From positions 310,001-374,000 of the forward strand of contig NMRA01000261.1 in NCBI GenBank assembly GCA_002633005.1: a DNA stretch of 64,000 nucleotides, read 5' to 3'. The first letter of the stretch is position 1. Every line of letters begins with the position of its first letter. This stretch comes from Phoronis australis (Eukaryota; Animalia; Phoronida). Position numbers and translations under genes: made by a program. This document shows, in pieces, positions 10,549 through 22,994 of the stretch. Below the pieces are notes generated by a model that searched no databases, was not told the origin of the DNA, and saw nothing but the letters and a program-made list of their open reading frames with translations.

Positions 10549-13500
10549 CTAAAGCAAAAGTACAACTATGGACTTAAAGCTTAGCGTATAACCAGTATAA
10601 ACCATAGATTACAGACAACAGATTCGCAACTCCGGTATTTTCTTACGTGCTAGCCAAGAGGCGCCGCCACTCTCCTGACCTTTCTGGTACAGTTTCCGGT
10701 TAGTGTATTTTCACGAGAAATATGCATCTACATTACTGTCCAGTACAACGAAAAAAATATTAATTTCGGCATTGAAACGCTGTTCAAAGTCTTTCAATAG
10801 TAGAAGTGTTGGTATCGTGAGTACTTTTGGCAATGCTACTGGTAATTAATTACAAAATTCAAACTTCGGTGCCGACTGATTACGTCAACTGCTTGCCTAA
10901 TAGCATAGCAGCACAGTTATTACACAGTTTGTGATTTATGGTTCAAATAGGCCTACTGAGAAAACTACGAAAGCATGTTTGTGCACAAATTCCAAGGAGT
11001 ACCTGTGAATGCAAAAGATACTTATATAACATTTTTGGTTTAGAAAAATATCAATTTTGTTTGAATTAAAAAATGCGCCTCTGCAACGATTTGACTATTT
11101 TAACCTTTGCATGTTTATAATTCAACATTCTCAAGTGAGCAGTTCTTCTGGGAAGTGTTGAGTGGCCCTTAAAAGGACGTTGGTTGTAGGTACTAGCGTG
11201 AAATGGTTCTTAAAAGAACTGTTGAAGAATTCAACATAAATCACACAGTATACCATGCTCACTCAAGTACTGAAGGTCCTCTTCATTCAAATTTTCATCT
11301 GGGAAGGTTGGATGAAAACAGAGGAGATGACAATATCGATGACAGTTGTAACACCTTATATAAATGTTACCGTTCTCCAACGTTATCACGAACCCTGCCT
11401 CTTTCAGTTCTTGTTCCTGGATTCAGAAGTAACCCTGAACCACAGAGAAAAAAGACATACAACGAAAACGAATCAAATTTTGAAAATCATCGCCTTCGTA
11501 CGATTCCGTGTTGTCGCCAGACTGATGTTCCTCCCCAACATCAATGTCAAAAATCGACATTACAAGTGATGGTAACTTGTGTCTTTTGTTTCTAACTTTT
11601 AACCCATTTTTTAAGAAAGGGGTGCACTGATTTTGTCTAATGTTGATAGAGCATAACTTTTGGTTTTTACAATGCATTAATTGTGTTGAAGGCATTCATA
11701 TTAGGTGGCTTCATTGAGATAAACAGAACATAAATTAAATGAAACACAATAAAGTTTTGAAAATAAATAGAACAGTAACAGGAATCCATACAAATCAAGC
11801 TGTTTTCGAAAACTTTGCACCATTGGTGATTTGAATTGGTTCATGCATTTACAGCGGGAAAATAATAGACCAAGTATCATGCATGTGTGCACTGTAGCAA
11901 CACTTTGTATCTTATTTTTATTTGGACAATCTGTCGATACAGTAAATCTCCTTATTTATGCCCATCCTGATTTGACTGCAACTTGAGCTTGTTGGGTTCT
12001 ATCATATATTGGGTTGGCATTGGGACCCACATGATGCTTACTCGAATGGGCTTCATTTTACCAGGTATTTCAAATTGAGGTGAAGTAAATAAACAAAGTG
12101 GGTGACTATCATCACCAGAATTTCATCATTAGTATCTTTTGCCGGGTGCTCAAATTTTCTGAGACTAGGGATTGTCAGATTTGTAAGGTAGAAGTGTTTC
12201 GCTGGATTTCCAGGTCTGTGGCGTTATTTATACTGGACCAAAATTAAAAAAAAACAGACCTTTGTTTAAATCAGGAGCTGCATGATACACATTTATTAGA
12301 CATGCGCAGGCATTGCATTGATCACTTGGAACCATTTCTATGGTTTATTAATATATAGTTAAACCAAGCTGAGGAGCTTGAAACCTGATTCACGGCAATT
12401 TTTGGCAGTGGGATTTTATGAAAAATGCTCGTAAGTTGACAACAAAGTTTGATAGCAATGCACTGCAGTTTTGTAGAATCTTTGTCATAGGTTACAGATT
12501 CGTCACAGAGCGTAAATTTGATGAATTCTAGCTTACGATTTCACCTGTTTCAGAGACCGGGTTTCAACCACTTTTGGGCTATAATAAGTGCCTCCTTCCT
12601 GAAGCGGATTTTTCTAAGTGCCCTGGCCGCTTATTAGGGCGAATAGGTAATATTTCAGAAGGCAATACTTAGTATCCTTTATGTACAGGACCCTTTTGCT
12701 ACATTAGGAGAGGGATTGGCTCATTATGTACCCTACAGGTGGCATAGGACTTTACAAAACTGCTTGAAGAATTTTGTTTTCGTCATAAGTGTTCGTTTGA
12801 ATGGCTTAAGTTTGGAAATGTTAGGACTTAAGGCGGAAATTTAAAAAGTATTTGTCCGCTTACAAAAATTTAACATTGAAGAATAAAAACAACCTTCACA
12901 CCCCTCTGGTGTTCCTGTTCCATGTTTTCAAAGAAGTTGGTTGCATTTTCACAGACTATAGTGGACAGATTTTGTGCAGCATATATTGTGTAACCTGCTG
13001 TTGAATTGCGAGATAAGAGTTTGACTGGTCCAGGTGGTTATTTCTGAAGGCTTAATGTAATCTTTATTTATGTTAAAGGTTTTAATTACCAGCGTTCTAT
13101 TTATTTGTACACAAATGTGAATTTGTTGAAATCGCTGATCCAAATCCTGGCCAAGTGTGCGCATTCTGCTGAGATCAGGGCAGCGAAGAGTAATTTGGTT
13201 AATTCGCTCACTAGACTATGACTGAAGTTCCTCGTAAGGACAGGAGTTCATGAGTCACTAAATTTGGAAAAAAATTAGAAAAAAATGGATTTGTGAGGAC
13301 AGGATTAAGTAGTAGAGCCTCTCAAACAAATGTATAAAGTCTTATTGCTGAAACAACTGCCATTCACGTTGACACAAGAAGTAAGCCTTTCTTCCCACAG
13401 CCGATTATGGGGTCTTCGGATTTCCTTTGCATTTCGCATGTGTGGCCAAACAACCGGCCACACAGTAGCCGACCATGATTAGCAGACAACGTACTTGCCG

Positions 13501-16500
13501 GAAATTGAACCAGAAAATTTAGCCAGGTGTCACCAGTGAATAATGACGTAAAGGCTTATGCGTAAGATCACAGATTTCGTCCATTGAAAGAATACGGAGT
13601 TGGCGGTCCATGTACTATAGTCTATGTATAAACTAATGAATTAACATGACAGTAAGCTCGAAGGCCTCACTATCAATTTGCCCCGAAAGGAAAGGTGGGC
13701 ACTGGCAGAAAGCGTAAACTTGTACTACAACTTCTAATGAAATAAGAGCAATGCAGAGCGTAGCTAAGCACCCACCAGAATTGGTTAATTACATGACAAT
13801 TGTTGTTATCAACAATTTTTATTCCGTTCCGTTCGTATCCTCGGAACAAAGTTCGACACTCAACAGAACATTGGTAAATCAACTAACCAAGAGACATGAT
13901 TAAAAGACACAATATTTCAAAACATACTTGTTTCATTCTCAAGTCGAAATAAAATGACGTAGTAATACCACCACACAGCAAAAGCTAGAGACATACACAG
14001 TGGGACACGGCAGGTGTGAAATATTGCAAAGAATGACAAGTGAAGAGGGTAACAGGAAAGTCCTGCAAACAGGTGTAGCATGCGACACAACCCTGTTTGC
14101 TGCTCATTCAAAATGGGCTTCTCAAGTGCAATCTAGAGACTTCAATACTTTCAAACGCAGCAGATCGTGCTCTACGTACCCAATTGACAATTTCTTAACG
14201 GAAGATTTTATGTTCGTGACATTGCAGAAAATATTCTTAGATGGCGCCATTTTAAAGATGCATAGATAGTAACCAACAGGAAAGACAGCAAACCTTTTGA
14301 CCAATGTACCATTGCCTGACATGTGAACAAAGACATTCATTCATAGGGCATACAAACTCATAAACAACACTACACTCGGCAACGGAGAGGACTTTCACTT
14401 TAGCAATCTTATTTTTTCATGACAAAGTTGAGGACTTCCTATTCCGATAATTTTGCTTATATGAAATACAAAAATAAGTTTCAAACTAGGTTCTAAATTA
14501 GTTCCCAAAGAATACTCACATGGTAAAACAGGAAGAGTTGGATGTCAAAAAACTATAACTGCCACTAGGGGGGCGCAACACAACTCCCATCCACAATACA
14601 AATATACTATTTTTACATTAGACAGAGGAACAAGGGGCAAAGCATTCACCTGGTCTGTCAAAAAATTAAGCACGTGTCATTCATTCCTTATTTACTATAC
14701 CCAAATTTCATGAAGATCCATCACATGACTCAGTAGATACTTTTGTGTAAAGACACAGAGAAAAATAAAATTGCCACAAGGGGTGCCACTGAGGTCAGAT
14801 CAAGCCATAATGCAACCTGTGCTCTCACATATGGCAAGCATCGTGAAGCTACTTGGCAGATATTGAAGAAGGCCAAAAATGCCACTATGAGGCACCATAG
14901 TAGACTCATGTCTGAAAATCAACAGCAGCCACGCTCTCCTCAGAAGGATCACATCAGTCAAATTCCATAAAGATACATCAAAGAAGTTGATAAGTATTGA
15001 AGCAGAGACAAATCAAATCAAATTGTCAATATGGGGTGCAAAAGTGGTCCAAAAATCGACGCCTGCCATGGTTTTGTTGCAAATCCAAACAGTTGTGAAC
15101 AATCTCTGTCCCTAACTATTAAGTAACGTCATTTCTTTCAACTGAAAATATTTCCAATCATTTTGGACTATTTATCATAAGGCTGCTTCTGCAACAAATC
15201 TGACTCTGCCGAGATTAATAATGCGGGAAAGCCAAAGACTAGAATACACAAATAATTTGCATGTTTAACAATTTTAAGACAAAATTACCATTTTCAAGTT
15301 TTACATGAACTCCAAAAGAAAATTTAATCTAACTATTGATCAGCGAATTAATTCTAATGAATAATAAGAGACGCACGTTAGTGGACCACCAGCAGTGACT
15401 GAGGTCATAACTTCAGTAGTTGGACGACAACTGTAGCTATGGGTCAGAAACAAAATAGGCTGAATTCATTAATACTCTGACCTGGCCGCCAAGTCCAGTG
15501 CTTGAGTCCTTGTAGTCTAAAGTCCCGTTTTAGACATCAACTTTTGGCCCGGCACAACTGACACGAAGCAAATTGGCCTGTGTCAAGCAGCTCACTAACT
15601 GTGGCAAGACGGAAATTGCAGGCTGGAGAGACTGGATCGCATGTGCGCAGATTTACAAATGACAAGAGTTGCAGAGACAAAGAACCCATACGTAGGTCAT
15701 TAGGCAAGCGCAGTAGAGATGATCCTTTCCGCCTTGCCATAGTTTCGCGTTTAGACATATAATTGACACGGAGCAAGATGTTCGGGTGCAAATTGCTCTA
15801 CCTCACAAATGGGTGGCAAAATTTGTCATTGTGGCGTCAATTTGCTCCGTGTCAGTCCCGTTTACACACTGGAACAACTCGTTCCGTGTCGGCTAATCTG
15901 TGTCAACTTTGAAGTGTGAACGGCACTTAATACGACGACGGGATTTTTCATGTGAAGAGACAGTGTTAGTAACTGCGCAAGCTATACAAGGACTACACAG
16001 GAGCCCAGTCCATCTGGTATAAGACAACCCCAGTGAGAAACGGATCCCAAATCACTCAAAGGATTGCTGATAGTGGTAACAGGTCATTTATGCTAGAAAT
16101 ATGTCACAAACGATGGACAGGTGTTCTTGATTGAAAGAGAATGCATTTAGTGAATGAACTACATCACAAATCTCATGATACCAGCAAATGTGACCAGATG
16201 ATGAATATGAGTACATCTAGTGTAACACAAAAAAACAAATTACTGAAATTCTTATAACCCGAAATTTGGAAAAATAAAATATCATTAATTGCATGTTTAC
16301 ATGCGTGCTTTCCTTAGAAATACATGGCAAACTAGAGTTGTCTTGCGTGATCTGTCTTTTCTCTCAGGAAACTTGCCCTACTGAATGCTAGCCTACTTGT
16401 AGGAATACCTTAGTTCTAAGAGGTGGCGAGCAGCGACCAAGGTAAGTAAAAACCCAATCACGCTGGGGATCACGGCGTCACTGTATCGTGTGCGCTATTC

Positions 16501-19500
16501 CACTTCAGGCTGTCGAAGTCTGTTACTTCAAGCCGCTGACGTGTATTTTAACTCATATCCACTCCCAACTTTTCAAAAAGTTTTGAATTTAACCGCCCCA
16601 GCTCGGTTTACCGCCTATCCCGTTTTTTTAGATTCCCAATTTAAGTGCCCTGGACAAGGTAATTATCGCAAAACAAAAAATGTCTACAAATTTCGAAACC
16701 AATTATAATTTGAAACTACAGAACAGTGACACTGGAATATGTCCAGGGTGATCTGGCAAACTGCATATTAGAGCATTGGGACCACAGGACTTTTACTTCA
16801 TTAAATCTTGGAAGAAAATTAAAAGTTCCTAATTTTTTTGCTAGCAATCTAGAAACATGGAGAAAAATTGGAAGTTTACTCTCCAAAAATAAGTAATTTT
16901 TCTCAGCAGCAAGTAACTATGTTCGTATAGTGGCAAGAATTGAAATATGCTTTTATCAGTAGTTGGCGACAAAGTAGGTGGTGGACAATGCTCAGCGCCA
17001 TCTATAGTTTACTCCTACACGTTGGATGGAGACAAAAGGCAGAGGAATTTCATGTTTTTATAAATTTTTAGTAGCAATCATGCTATTGAATTATCATAGG
17101 CACACACGATTCATGCAATGAAGTCTTGCATATAGCAAAATGTCAGTGAATGAAAGAAATCACATTCTATCTTAGTCACACCAAAACACGGAATTGGCAA
17201 AATTCACTTAACTGCTATCATGACAGTTGTGTCTGGGTATCACAAGGTATTACAGACACAACCAGCCAGTGCTTGACAACCACAAATTTAGTGGGTTATT
17301 TTGTGTTCACACTAGAAACTTGTTCTTCTGTTTGGCAGTACGTAAAGTAAATGTGATGTGTCTAACAAGTTTTTAGCTTATTCACGAAGGAGAAATAGAT
17401 ATAGATGCAAACAAATTAGCTCAATTTGGAAGAAAGAAACGTTCACTCACCGACAAAGATGAGTGCATTGTATTCTCACATGTGATGTATGAGGGCTCAT
17501 AGATTATTTCCAACTCATAATGTCAAATAAGCTCAACAAAAACAAGTAGCGCTTATTTAAACAGGTTTTACATACCAGAAGCTGCTTTCATCCTCATCCC
17601 AACAGCAAAACATTTCTTAAGACGGCAGTGTTTACAATATTGTCGGTTTTGGACATCTACATTGCACTTTCCTTCACATCGACCGCGATAAACCTATAAT
17701 GTAACCATTTGTGAAAGGTTAAACCTACAGCAAGAGCAAGTACTCTGGGGCATTGACATGCGCCCACAGAGCATTGCAAAGGACACGTTTCTAGGGGTTC
17801 AGATAAGGAACAATAACCCTACTTTGCCAATTACCAAAATACGTATCTGCACTAGCAAAGCATTGACGCGTGCATGCGACACATCGCAAGCGCCACGCGG
17901 TATGCCTCTAGGGTTGCTTACAAATTTCATAACATACAATAACATAGAATCAGACCACTGGTGGTAAGTACTGTATTGACACTTAGCTTGCTGTAAACAA
18001 CCACATCAAGACAACAGGATGACGACAATAGGCAGCCACATGATGTAATGGGCGCATAATGAAGGACAGACATAGTTATAACTTATAACAAAGCAGTTCA
18101 ATCTTTAAAATAAAAAGGTTAAACCAACAATAAATGGTTAAACCCATAATGAAATGGTTAAACCTGATAGAAATGTTTTAACAACAAATAAATTTGTGAC
18201 ATTTAATTGAGTGGATAAACCAACTGCCACAAAAGTTATGGACATGCTGCCTATTCTCCAGGTTTGGTCTAAGGTGGGTGCAACAAGTAATGGCAAAGGT
18301 GATGTCTCATCTGGTATAGTCTCAGGGAGGAGTTCCAATCATTTGTTGTTGTGTCAGGGAAGGGTGTCTCAGGGAGGGGTTTTTGAACCGTTAGATATTG
18401 TCTCAGGGAGAAGTTTAAATTCCGCCATTTGGTATTGTCTAAGGGAGGGTTTTCAACTGTTTGATATTGTCTCAGGGAGCAGTTTTTGACTATTTGCTAT
18501 TGTCTCTAGGATGGTTTTCCATCATTTAATATTGTATCAGGGAGAAGTTTCCAATCATTTGATATTGCCTCAAGGATGGATTTCCAAGTACCTGATACTG
18601 TCTCAAGGAGGGATTTCCAAGTACCTGATATTGTCTCAAGGAGGGATTTCCAAGTACCTGATATTGTCTCAGGGAGGAGTTTTCGTTCATTAAGAATTGT
18701 CTCATCATTTGGTGTTGTCTCAGGGAGGAGTTTTCAATCATTTGGCTGCCTCGGGGAACTCGAAAATGGATGAAAAGCACATAAGCAAAACTCTTATCCA
18801 GAAAATTTAAAATTCGAGTGCGACTGGCGTATATCACATCTTGGAAAGAAATGGTGTGTTTTGGAGCATATGAGAAATATATAAGGATGCATCAGTATTT
18901 AGAACTCAAGAATGATTGAAGTATAGAGGGGACCTGTCGATCAATGTTGTGGTAAGCAGTTGTAAAATTTCAAAATTGGCAGATATCTCGATTTGCGATA
19001 CAACTCTTTGGATACACATGTCCAAATGTTTCTCAAAATATTAATGACAACAAAACACACCAGTATGGTGGATAATACAGACAACCAATCACACATACAT
19101 TAGAGGGAAGATGAACAGAGAAAAAGAAAAAATATTTGAGTGTAACTTGTAACTTCATACAGGAAGGCTTTAGATTCAAGAATGTGAAGTCCTTCTTTGA
19201 TGTGAAAGGCATGGGATCTATAGTAATAATATACAAGTTCATCAAAGAATATGCCACGGTGACTTGAAGTTGAAAAACACGGCCGTTGCCATGGTTTAGT
19301 GTTATTCAATACATTGACAGACAGTTCACCAAGTCACATACATGGCTCTCTGAACAATATGCGTAGGTCACTACTAGTTAGTTGGTAATTACTCATGTCA
19401 TATAATAGTATCTAATTACTATATCCTGTTGAGCCAAATCAGCTTGTGGAGAACACTGACATTCTTACAAAAAGTAAGCAATTTCAGACAGGATAATGAT

Positions 19501-22500
19501 TCTGATTGAAATTTTTCAATTAGGGCAAAATAATTTCTGAAATTGTCATTTTCTACTTTTCCAAGGCTTTACTGGATTACTAGTTGTCCAAAACTGCACC
19601 TGGTAACAGTTGCGCTCTATAATCAATGCTAAAAAAGGGAATTTTTTTGCTGAAAATTTAGATAAAATGAAATTCAATGATACCATGCCATGAATAATAT
19701 GCTCACACGAAAGTCACGTATTTCTAAAGATATGCGTGACTTTTCACCGCTCGTCCTTCTGTGCGGCTTTTACCAGGATCAAAGATAGCACAGCACCACA
19801 GTTGGACCGCATTGTCCGGTGCGTGCGAGCAAGACCCAAATGAGTGTAATTACCCGACCATAAACTGTGGTAAAAATCTCTGCCTGTACACACTGGCAAA
19901 TTTTCAAAATGCATTAACCAACAGTTTCACTAAAAACTAATACCACAGCGGTATTCAAATGGAAAAAACAACCAAGCTTGGTTTTCGATTTTTAAACATC
20001 CATGAACTATTAAGCTAAAAACTACGAACATTGGGTACAATTGAAGATAAACGACTGTGTGTACTGATAAACTATACTCGGTGGATTTACAAACGCTGAT
20101 CAGAGTTAACAATATCATATGGATTATTCTTTCAATAAACAACTAAGCTACATTTGAAACATCTATAAACAACACACAGTGACTAAATTAGATGTCAATA
20201 ACTTTTAAAACATTGCTTATGGTCCAGTGCATGCCGAACTACTTTATTCGAGGAGTAGTACACTAACCGGAAAATTGATATTCGCTGAAATGCGCCAATT
20301 TCGATAGTTAGCTTGTAGCCGTAATGGAACAAGACAAGAAGACGGCCAGCTTTGTAGTCAACGAGAGATTGCAAGAAGTGGATGAGGTTTGTCTTCATTG
20401 TTATGATTGCGGAAAAGCTAGAATAGTTATGTAGTTACTGCAACCAAAAATTCCAGAGGTTCCAAGTATTCAGTTTGGCTATCACCATATTTGCACCTTT
20501 GTATCTACTTTATGATTTGAGTTCTAATAAAGATTGAGCTTGAACTGACACGTGCAGTTTTGTTTGCTGTGACATGTTTGGTGTAGCTGTAATCTGGAAC
20601 ATTCAGGGACAAATAAGTGACTTCTAAGAAGTTTTCATACTTCGTTTAAAAACAAAATAAAAAAGATAGCAACCGTAACCGGTAAAAAAAAACAAAAACA
20701 AGTAGACAGGAGTACTAAAAATAAAGCAATGAAAATAGGTATGAGATATATTTAAAACCAACCTTCCTTTGGGAAGTGGTCCTTTGTCAAAATCAATGCA
20801 AATTAACTTTTTAGTCTTTCTGTAATATTTAAAATGAACAAAGTTAAAACTACTCTCCACATTGCAGGCTTTAATTCCATGCAAATGCCAAAGAAAACCA
20901 ATTTGGGTGTAATAACAACTACCATTGTTAAGAAAGTAGTGCTAGCTATTACCTTCCACTCTATTAGCTCAGATCTACATCAATACAAAGGGCGTCCTGA
21001 ATAGGCATCATAAAAGTTGTCTGGGGCTTAGGGAATCGGAAGGGTGACCAGTGTAAGGGAGAAATTCTCCACATGCAGTGTTCTAAACTGAAGACTAAGA
21101 TCCTTTGTTAGAAAAAATAAAATTTGGAGCAAATTTTAAATTATCGGTGAAGAACATTAACAACAAATCAGTCTATTTAGCAAAATATCAACAAAATTAT
21201 ATTAAACTCAGTAAAGTAGATTATTTTAAAGTAGAATGCTTTAGAATTTGTTTTTTTATTTTGTAGCGTTCAGTCTACCATTAATTGTTTGATGCGACCA
21301 TTTCTTTTTACAAAAATTTAGGGAAATAGAAAGACACATTCATAGCAAAACAATGGTATCAATAACATGATCGATTTTTCATAAAATTTATTTTCCGGTA
21401 AGTCCTATTTTGATAGCTCCTCATGCAGAAACAAAAAATGTTAAAACAATTCCTAATAGCGTTTTTACAGGACAGTGTATAAAGCATCGTATCTTAGTTT
21501 CATTTGAAGTCGATCATTCATTTCTGAGATATGACGTTTCAAAATCAAATCGTACACTATAGTATATGGACCGCCAACTCTGTACATTTTTAATGTAAGA
21601 AATCTGTGATCTTATGCATAAGCAGTGACATCACTATTCACTAGCGTCACCTGGCAGACATAGCATGTTCTACTTCCGGCAAGTATGTCATCTGCTAATC
21701 ATGGTCGGCTGTTGTGTGGTTGGGTAGTAGCATTGCCAAAAGTACTCACAATACCAAGAGTTCTACTATTGGAAAACTTTGAACAGCATTTCAATGTCGA
21801 AATTTTTTCCTTGTACTGGACAGTGAAATAGATACATACACAAAACATACCGAGAGTGGCGTACATGAAGTAATATCCCACGAGACATTATTCCACGTAT
21901 CGTCCGAGACGGAAGATCGAGTTCGATATGCAGAATAAGGTCAAGTGGGATATTACTTCATGTACCCCAATCGAGGTACGTTATGTATTTATCTCATGCG
22001 CATCGAATTCCAAAGTTTCTTACATTTTCCGGCAGATTTTTCAAATACTTCACCCAGACTGTTCACATGGCAGATCACATCCTATATGTATGTACTTGCG
22101 TGTTAGGTTGCAAGTTTTCTCTTGAAGAAGAAACAGTTTTAAAAGTATCGATTTATTTCTTGAAAAGAGGTAGCAAAGATAAAAACAACGGCAACTGAGC
22201 AGTGATCTTGTAACATTTCCTGGAAATAGTTAAAAAAAACAACAATTTTTGATATTTTAATTTCCCAGGAATCGGTGCCTGAGTTGCAGACGATATAGTA
22301 TTCAGCAATTAAAAACTGAGAGAAAGTGTCCCTAGCAAAATAAGAAAACGCGAGTTTAACCAAGCAAATGTAGGTTCGTCAAATGATAGGTGAAGCTGCC
22401 TTTTCGTGCCATATTGTGTCACTTCAAGATCCCAGCACAAACAACAAAATGGTGAAAACAGTTGTTTTGAATAGCGGTCTGAATAGAACACCATTGTGTG

Positions 22501-22994
22501 CGGGTGTTATTCACAGGTGTTTGAATTAAAAGGTGATTCTCATGGTGACGTAAACAAAAGCAAACCAATATGCCTAACAGTTCGTTACATTTGACAATTT
22601 ATGGCACTATTGGGCTCAGAGCAATGCTCTTAACATACTGTAGGGACCAAATTTACAGGTGTTACCATTCAAAATATGCTTCAAATAATGGAAATACTTA
22701 GAAAGTGTGAAAAAATACCCATCCATCATTAAGTTCAACAATTAAGAGAAATTCAAATTAGACTCGATAGTTTAAATTAGAAACAAAAGGTTAAAAGACT
22801 TATGAACAGCGATGAAGCCAGTCAAGATCTACCTTAGAGTAGTTACGCCTGAAGAACGCTTTGCATGGCTCACAACAGATGGCTCCAAAGTTGTAACCCA
22901 GGGCCTGTCCTCCGCACACTCTGCAGGATTTGACTTTGATTTTTCCATTGCCGGTACTTGTGGACGGCTCAGCACTGTCAGCGTCGGTCATCAT
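9821..22994 (-). CDS. Nuclear hormone receptor, NR1J/HR96/VDR-PXR group (C4 zinc-finger DBD + LBD), ~335 aa, 3 coding exons
   Basis: Exons 22994-22833 (MMTD...CRVCGGQALGYNFGAICCEPCKAFFRRNYSK), 17693-17576 (VYRGRCEGKCNVDVQNRQYCKHCRLKKCFAVGMRMKAAS) and 10548-9821 (hinge + LBD with FAKSIKEFKELTKEDQVALLKG, LFSSDRPNL, AF-2 PLLIEVF). Introns are GT-AG and phases 0 and 1 are compatible. ALGYNF...CKAFFRRN is typical of NR1J/HR96. Confidence 0.9.
10600..10860. repeat. Dispersed repeat fragment (unclassified non-autonomous DNA element)
   Basis: Inverted similarity to ~21727-21835 (agtagcattgccaaaagtactcac...tgtactggacagt); the other end of the family is seen at ~13440-13626 and ~21553-21720. Confidence 0.6.
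11231..11570 (-). pseudogene. Degenerate PHD-finger-like ORF relic in nuclear receptor intron 2 (probably transposon- or virus-derived)
   Basis: Reading ORF 11423..11695 through its TGA gives ...RFRCMSF...GYF*IQEQELKEAGFVITLENGNIYIRCYNCHRYCHLLCFHPTFPDENLNEEDLQYLSEHGILCDLC*, which fits the CxxCxxxxHxxC...CxxC pattern. Confidence 0.45.
13440..13626. repeat. Dispersed repeat fragment, same family as 21553-21835
   Basis: Reverse complement matches 21553-21720 (ctatagtatatggaccgccaactc...ctgctaatcatggtcggct). Confidence 0.65.
14550..15060 (+). repeat. Degenerate copy of the ~150-bp GCCACTAGGGGGC monomer repeat (HINE-like family)
   Basis: gccactagggggg (14561), gccacaagggg (14773), gccactatgagg (14881), ccaaatttcatgaagatcc; same motifs as 44135-45342. 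Confidence 0.55.
15521..15927. mobile_element. PIF/Harbinger-like MITE
   Basis: Imperfect TIRs agtcccgttttagac / gtgtgaacggcact, flanked by TAA on both sides (15518-15520, 15928-15930); internal repeats of tgacacgga/gtttagac/gtttacac. Confidence 0.7.
16395..16670. repeat. Dispersed repeat, inverted copy at ~25780-26067
   Basis: gatcacggcgtcactgtatcgtgtgcgctattccacttcag is the reverse complement of ctgaagtggaatagcgcacacgatacagaggcgccgtgatc. Confidence 0.7.
17576..17693 (-). CDS. Nuclear receptor exon: second zinc finger
   Basis: cattatag acceptor, 118 nt, CTG|gtatgt donor; RQYCKHCRLKKCFAVGM. Confidence 0.9.
17731..18060 (+). mobile_element. Internally deleted relative of the HINE/Helentron-like element at 44135-45342
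   Basis: Shares caagag..., atgcgcccaca, cggtat.c.tctagggttg and terminal tgggcgcataa. Confidence 0.55.
18301..18745. repeat. Degenerate ~33-bp minisatellite (TGATATTGTCTCAGGGAGGAGTTTTCAATCATT-like)
   Basis: About 13 tandem units visible; explains ORFs 18211-18837. Confidence 0.9.
19684..21075 (+). repeat. ~1.4-kb direct repeat, copy 1 (nuclear receptor intron 1)
   Basis: Colinear with 26696-28121 from catgcc.tgaataat to gagaaattct.cacatg, with scattered substitutions and indels. Confidence 0.9.
21848..21979. repeat. Short palindromic (foldback) element
   Basis: Perfect 21-bp inverted repeat gtacatgaagtaatatcccac (21861-21881) / gtgggatattacttcatgtac (21945-21965). Confidence 0.75.
22833..22994 (-). 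CDS. Nuclear receptor first coding exon: A/B region plus first zinc finger
   Basis: ATG at 22994, CRVCGGQALGYNFGAICCEPCKAFFRRN, AAG|gtagat donor. Confidence 0.88.

Noticed and set aside
11203-11595. + strand ORFs of 130 and 104 aa as a nested gene
   Set aside because: No recognisable domain; better explained as the antisense of the PHD-like relic
15537-15791. Possible receptor hinge exon
   Set aside because: Lies inside a TAA-flanked MITE; exon 17576 splices in phase directly to 10548
18138-18837. Several overlapping repetitive ORFs
   Set aside because: Translations of a ~33-bp minisatellite in an intron
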